From NCBI GenBank assembly GCA_937864465.1, contig CALMJU010000081.1, forward strand, positions 10,857 to 74,856: DNA of 64,000 bases, in the 5' to 3' direction. The position numbers were made by a program, and so were the translations under genes. The notes beneath the pieces are model-generated. The model had not been told where the DNA came from. It searched no databases and worked only from the letters and a program-made list of their open reading frames with translations. The stretch's first letter is position 1. Each line of letters begins with the position of its first letter. Positions 60,023-64,000 of this stretch are shown one piece after another. The DNA comes from an uncultured Acidobacteriota bacterium (lineage in GTDB: Bacteria; Acidobacteriota; Polarisedimenticolia; Polarisedimenticolales; JAIQFR01).

Positions 60023-61366
60023 ATGGCGCCGAACCTAGGGACCGATTCCCTTCCCCACTCCGAGGACGCGGAGCGCTCCGTGCTCGGCGCCGTCCTCCTC
60101 GACAACCATCTGGTGCACAGGGTCCAGGAGATCCTGCGGCCCGACGCCTTCCACTCCACCCGCCATCGCAAGATCTATGGGGCGGTCGTCACGCTCTCCG
60201 AATCCGGAGCGCCCCTCGACCTCGTCACGGTGCGGTCCGAGCTCGAGCGCACCGGGGAGCTCGAGGCCGCCGGCGGCGTCGCCTACCTCGCGACCCTCCT
60301 CGACGCCGTCCCTCGGTCGGCGAACGTCGAGCACTACGCGAGGATCGTCAAGGAAGCCTCGGTGCGCCGGGAGCTCATCCGCTCCGCGCAGCAGATCCTC
60401 GAGTCCGCCCTGAGGCCGGGAGGCCAGGCGGACGAGCTCCTCGACGAGGCGGAGAAGGAGATCTTCCGGGTCGCCGAGGACCGCCTTCGGGGAGGATTCC
60501 AGCCGATCAAGCTCCTCGCGGAGCGCAGCTTCGCGGTGATCGACGAGCTGACCAAGAAGCGCGAGCTGATCACCGGCATCCCGACGGGATACCAGTACCT
60601 CGACGAGCTGACGGCGGGGCTGCAGCCGTCCGACCTGATCATCCTCGCCGCCCGCCCCGCCATGGGAAAGACCGCGCTCGCCCTCAACATCGCGGCGCAC
60701 GCCGCGCTCCGCGAGGGGCGCAGTGTCGGGGTCTTCTCGCTCGAGATGTCGCAGCAGCAGCTCTTCTTCCGCCTCCTGAGCGCCGAGGCGAGGATCGACG
60801 CGCATCGTCTCCGGACCGGGCGCCTGGATCCGGAAGCCTGGAAGCGCATCACCCTTTCGTTCGGCGAGATCTCGGAATCGCGCATCTTCATCGACGACAC
60901 CGCAGGCCTGGGGGTCATGGAGGCGAGGGCCAAGGCGAGGCGCCTGAAGCTGGAGCACGGCCTCGACCTCCTCATCGTCGACTACCTCCAGCTGATGAGC
61001 GGCCGCGGCCAATACGAGAGCCGGCAGCAGGAGATCTCGGACATCTCCCGGTCGCTCAAGGAGCTGGCGAAGGAGCTCCGGATTCCGGTTCTCGCGCTCT
61101 CCCAGCTCTCGCGAGCCCCCGAGCAGCGCAGCGGGGACCGCAGGCCGCAGCTGTCGGACCTCCGCGAGTCCGGCGCGATCGAGCAGGACGCCGACGTCGT
61201 GCTCTTCCTCTACCGGGAGGAGGTCTACAAGAAGCTCGACCCGGACCTGCGCGGCAAGGCGGAGCTGATCATCGGAAAGCAGCGGAACGGCCCGACCGAT
61301 ACCGTGGATCTCGTATTCCTGCGGGAGTTCACCCGCTTCGAGAACGCCGCCTGGATGGAATCGTGA
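60023..61366 (+). CDS. dnaB: replicative DNA helicase
   Basis: 447 aa from ATG 60023: ...LPHSEDAERSVLGAVLLDN... It has Walker A ARPAMGKTALALN, Walker B LLIVDYLQLM, SQLSR, LRESGAIEQDADVV, and KQRNGPT. No intein is present. Confidence 0.96.
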   Translation: MAPNLGTDSLPHSEDAERSVLGAVLLDNHLVHRVQEILRPDAFHSTRHRKIYGAVVTLSESGAPLDLVTVRSELERTGELEAAGGVAYLATLLDAVPRSANVEHYARIVKEASVRRELIRSAQQILESALRPGGQADELLDEAEKEIFRVAEDRLRGGFQPIKLLAERSFAVIDELTKKRELITGIPTGYQYLDELTAGLQPSDLIILAARPAMGKTALALNIAAHAALREGRSVGVFSLEMSQQQLFFRLLSAEARIDAHRLRTGRLDPEAWKRITLSFGEISESRIFIDDTAGLGVMEARAKARRLKLEHGLDLLIVDYLQLMSGRGQYESRQQEISDISRSLKELAKELRIPVLALSQLSRAPEQRSGDRRPQLSDLRESGAIEQDADVVLFLYREEVYKKLDPDLRGKAELIIGKQRNGPTDTVDLVFLREFTRFENAAWMES

Positions 61367-61396
61367 GCCCTCGCGGGACCCGCAGGGCCGCCCGCG

Positions 61397-61402
61397 TATA
61401 AT
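61397..61402 (+). promoter_or_regulatory. candidate -10 element (TATAAT) upstream of the PIN/TRAM gene
   Basis: A perfect TATAAT lies 39 nt upstream of ATG 61442. It is followed by a 7-bp hairpin (CGGGGCG tgggat CGCCCCG) and a GGGAGGAAA SD. I see no convincing -35. Confidence 0.3.
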
Positions 61403-61441
61403 CGCCTCGGGGCGTGGGATCGCGCCCCGCGGGAGGAAACC

Positions 61442-62512
61442 ATGAGTCGGTGGCTGGCTCGCGGCGCGCTGGTGGCAATGTGCCTCCTGCTCGCGCTCGC
61501 CCTGCGCCCCGCCGCGGCCTTCGGCGACACGTGGGCGGGACCCTTCGGGAGCCTCCTCGCCGGCCTCGCCTTCGCCCTCGCGGCGCTCGCCGCCGAGCAG
61601 GTACTGCGCACCCGGGACATCTGGACCGTCGCGGGGGCGGCCCTCGGAGTCCTCGTCGGAGGGCTGGTCGGGGTGGTCGTGGTCCGGATCCTCCCCGAGG
61701 GGAGCGGGGGGCTGGCGACGGCTCCTCTGAGACCGTTCGTCTACCTGATCGCGCTCTACGCAGGGGGGTTCGCCGGAGCCCGCCTTGCTGCGGCGCTCCG
61801 GGGAGAAGACGTCGCGTCCGTCCTCGGCCGGGACGGCGCGCACACCCCCAGCGTCAAGATCCTCGACACCTCGGTCATCATCGACGGCCGGATCGCCGAC
61901 GTCTGCGAGAGCGGGTTCCTCGAGGGCCGGATGGTCATCCCCTCCTTCGTCCTGCGCGAGCTCCAGTACATCGCGGACTCCCAGGATCCGCTGCGCCGTG
62001 CCCGAGGGCGGAAGGGCCTCGAGGTTCTCCAGCGCCTCAAGAAGGCGGCGTCGGCGAGCGTCGTCTTCTCCGAGGAGGAGATCCCGGAGGTCCGGGAGGT
62101 CGACCTGAAGCTCATCGAGCTGGCCCGGCGCACGCACGCCAAGCTCGTCACCAACGACCTGAACCTGAACCGCGTCGCGTCGCTCCGCGGGATCGAGGTG
62201 CTCAACCTGAACGAGCTCGCGAACGCGATCAAGCCGGTGGTCCTGCCCGGCGAGTCGATGAAGGTGAGCATCCTGCGCGAGGGAAAGGAGCCCAACCAGG
62301 GCGTCGCCTACCTCGACGACGGCACGATGGTGGTCGTCGACAACGCCCGCAGCCTCATCGGGCGGAGCGTCGAGATCACCGTCACGAGCGTCATCCAGAC
62401 GACGGCGGGCAAGATGTTCTTCGGCCGCCTGTCGGGAACCGATGCCCAGTCCCTCCGGGCCGCCGCCGCGGCGCCCCCCCAGCCCGCTCCGGAGGCGGAG
62501 AAGTCCGCCTAG
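61442..62512 (+). CDS. membrane-anchored PIN/TRAM domain protein (YacL-like)
   Basis: 356 aa. N-terminal hydrophobic segments are followed by a PIN domain (KILDTSVIIDGRIADV...LVTNDLNLNRVA) and a C-terminal TRAM-like barrel (VVLPGESMKVSILREGKEPNQGVAYLDDGTMVVVDNA). Confidence 0.88.
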   Translation: MSRWLARGALVAMCLLLALALRPAAAFGDTWAGPFGSLLAGLAFALAALAAEQVLRTRDIWTVAGAALGVLVGGLVGVVVVRILPEGSGGLATAPLRPFVYLIALYAGGFAGARLAAALRGEDVASVLGRDGAHTPSVKILDTSVIIDGRIADVCESGFLEGRMVIPSFVLRELQYIADSQDPLRRARGRKGLEVLQRLKKAASASVVFSEEEIPEVREVDLKLIELARRTHAKLVTNDLNLNRVASLRGIEVLNLNELANAIKPVVLPGESMKVSILREGKEPNQGVAYLDDGTMVVVDNARSLIGRSVEITVTSVIQTTAGKMFFGRLSGTDAQSLRAAAAAPPQPAPEAEKSA

Positions 62513-63654
62513 ATCGTGTAACCGTCGTCGCGCCGGTCCAGCATCCGGACCTGCCTCTCCCACTGGTACTTGAGGATGAGCAGCATCCGGAACGTCAGGT
62601 CCGCCTCCTTGCGCGCGGGGCTCCGCCAGTCCTTCTCGATTCGCATCATGTCGGTCCAGCGGCTGCTCTCGTTGAGCAGCTTCCCGGGAAGGTTCCAGCG
62701 CCCCTCGCGGCTCTGCTGCGCGTGGATCCACTCGAGATGGGCCATCAGCATTGGGTACCGGTTGATCAGTCCGAGCCTCGCCAGGAGCTCGAGGTGGTGG
62801 AGCAGCTCGTCGAGCCCCCCGTGCTTCTGATAGAAATCGACCGGACGGATCCGGAGCCCGCCCCCCTTGACGATCGCGCCCTTGGCCGTCCGCACGAGGC
62901 CCAGATCGGGAGCCAGCCTCTGATAGGTGTCGGACATCACGTAGTCGTAGATCTTCTTGAGCTTCATCTTCGCGAGCTCGCCGTCCAGCAGCCACGGCGA
63001 GTACGCGAACACCCGCGTCAGGTACAGGTCCGGCAGGAACGGGTAGTCCCGCCTCCAGGCCGCAGCGCGGATCAGCGGGTGGCTCGCTCCGATCTCCTCG
63101 ACGGGATTCCGCGACACCGGGTCGTCCACGAACCCGGCGCACAGGTCGAGCAGCTCCATCACCGACATGCGGTGGCGGTCGTCCTCGTATCCCCCCCGGA
63201 TGAGCAGGCCGAGGCTCAGGATGCGCAGGAACCAGCGGTAGTACCGCTCGCGACGGTCGTCCGCCTTCACGACCCTCGCGAACTCGTACAGCTTGAGGTC
63301 CCTCTTGGAGCCGAGGAACGAGCGGAGCACGGCGGCGCCCTGCCGCACCGGCTTCGACTCCCTCCCCCAGCCGTACTCGAAGAGGGAGCACAGCCCGTGC
63401 TCGAGGCTCGGCTGCACCTTGCGGGCGTCGCCCGAATGCACCGCGCCCCCCCACGTGCCGTCCTTCCTCTGAAGCCTCTGGAGCCGGAGCGCCGGCGGGT
63501 AGCTCGCCGCCTCGTGACGGGCCTTCTGCACGTCGGGATCGTCGCGGCCCCGGTCCAGGATGTCCGTGAGCACGCGCCGACGGATCGGGGCGCACGCGGT
63601 CTCGAGCAGCCACGGCGTCGGATCCGCCCTGAGCGACGATTTCCAATCGGTCAT
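62509..63654 (-). CDS. hypothetical protein with two Q-x-x-DG-x-W type motifs (possible alpha/alpha-toroid, prenyltransferase/terpene-cyclase-like repeats)
   Basis: 381 aa from ATG 63654, which overlaps the upstream stop (ATGA). The composition is coding-like and rich in W/Y/K/L. Motifs are LQRKDGTWGGAV and AQQSREGRWNLP. I have no firm family assignment. Confidence 0.75.
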   Translation of the reverse strand: MTDWKSSLRADPTPWLLETACAPIRRRVLTDILDRGRDDPDVQKARHEAASYPPALRLQRLQRKDGTWGGAVHSGDARKVQPSLEHGLCSLFEYGWGRESKPVRQGAAVLRSFLGSKRDLKLYEFARVVKADDRRERYYRWFLRILSLGLLIRGGYEDDRHRMSVMELLDLCAGFVDDPVSRNPVEEIGASHPLIRAAAWRRDYPFLPDLYLTRVFAYSPWLLDGELAKMKLKKIYDYVMSDTYQRLAPDLGLVRTAKGAIVKGGGLRIRPVDFYQKHGGLDELLHHLELLARLGLINRYPMLMAHLEWIHAQQSREGRWNLPGKLLNESSRWTDMMRIEKDWRSPARKEADLTFRMLLILKYQWERQVRMLDRRDDGYTI

Positions 63655-64000
63655 GGAAAGACCTCCCGCGGGAGCGTCCCGGGGTCGACCGAGCCCTTTC
63701 GTTCCGCGGCGCGCGCGGAGGCCTCGCCCGCCGCCAGGTCTCCGAGCGGCTGCGCGCCGAGCCTTCCCTCCGCCACGCGGAGGGTCGCCACCGGCGTCTC
63801 GACGTCGTGCTGGAACACGAGGATCCAACCGTCCCGCGCCGCCTCGGGCAAGATCCGCTTCCGGCTCTCGATCGTCCGCAGCGGCTCGACGTCGTACCCC
63901 ATGACGTAGGGGTACGGGAGGTGGCTCGTGGTGGGCACCAGGTCGGCCAGGAACGCGACCTTCCCCTCGCCGGTCGCGATCACCGGAACCTGCATGTGCG
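63651..64000 (-). CDS. MBL-fold metallo-hydrolase, C-terminal part (5' end lies beyond the window)
   Basis: ...VIATGEGKVAFLADLVPTTSHLPYPYVMGYDVEPLRTIESRKRILPEAARDGWILVFQHD. The HLP...Y..D and terminal F.HD pattern is typical of the C-terminal metal ligands of MBL-fold proteins. The reading frame stays open to the window edge. Confidence 0.7.
   Translation of the reverse strand, partial: HMQVPVIATGEGKVAFLADLVPTTSHLPYPYVMGYDVEPLRTIESRKRILPEAARDGWILVFQHDVETPVATLRVAEGRLGAQPLGDLAAGEASARAAERKGSVDPGTLPREVFP

Noticed and set aside
60035-63646. A 1203-aa minus-strand ORF.
   Set aside because: It is antisense to dnaB and the PIN/TRAM gene and in an alternate frame of the 62509-63654 gene. It is a high-GC artefact.
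1-64000. CRISPR arrays, tandem DNA repeats, IS elements, prophage or defence islands.
   Set aside because: Scanning by eye found no spaced direct repeats. I found no transposase, integrase, restriction, Cas or toxin-antitoxin-like translations. Every sizeable ORF with normal composition is accounted for by housekeeping or envelope functions. A computational repeat search would be needed to exclude short dispersed repeats.

Overview
This is a very GC-rich bacterial chromosomal segment (by eye about 70% or more; not computed). It consists almost entirely of core housekeeping genes in long same-strand arrays, with short intergenic gaps and many 4-nt start/stop overlaps.

I support 57 protein-coding genes (two cut by the window edges) and one tRNA-Gln(UUG). 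I also call several sigma70-type promoters that stand out as AT-rich islands, one convincing intrinsic terminator, and a few stem-loops or inverted repeats. I see no rRNA, CRISPR array, transposase, integrase, prophage, or recognisable defence or toxin-antitoxin module.

Gene order:
- fabF-acpP-fabG-fabD-fabH, rpmF-yceD (minus strand)
- a DUF4388/J-like/TPR protein, divergent from two coupled hypothetical envelope proteins
- SLT transglycosylase, mutL
- an orphan sigma-factor C-terminal fragment
- a giant TamB-Omp85 ORF, rlmI-like methyltransferase, dksA-like gene
- ppdK-glyS-glyQ-recO-era-ybeY-pgpH-phoH-aspS-hisS
- a secreted hypothetical, dpaL, a DUF77 protein
- alaX plus a three-gene biotin carboxylase set
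- aminotransferase, nfnAB-like pair
- heptosyltransferase, DHS-like protein, VanZ-like protein and membrane proteins appended to rplI-rpsR-rpsF
- pth-rplY-prs-tRNA-Gln-spoVG-ispE-lipoprotein-TPR-ctpA-envC
- dnaB, PIN/TRAM protein
- an uncharacterised protein coupled to an MBL-fold hydrolase

The envelope genes (Omp85, TamB, LolB-like lipoprotein, heptosyltransferase) indicate a diderm organism. The taxon cannot be assigned from this window.

Most noteworthy observations:
1. One uninterrupted 2046-codon ORF joins a complete TamB-like protein to a complete POTRA plus Omp85 barrel module that has no signal peptide of its own. The junction still carries an ATGA motif, so it is one frameshift away from a two-gene arrangement.
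2. An intact 119-codon gene encodes only sigma-70 regions 3.2-4. It has a strong SD and its own terminator.
3. A DksA homologue with an intact DxxDxA tip and C4 zinc finger carries a roughly 100-residue K/A/P/R-rich N-terminal extension and an acidic tail.
4. Near-consensus promoters are present, including one that predicts a leaderless SLT mRNA.

Many long ORFs in the supplied track are antisense or alternate-frame artefacts of high-GC DNA and were not called. The track prints M for GTG/TTG starts; I checked start codons against the DNA.
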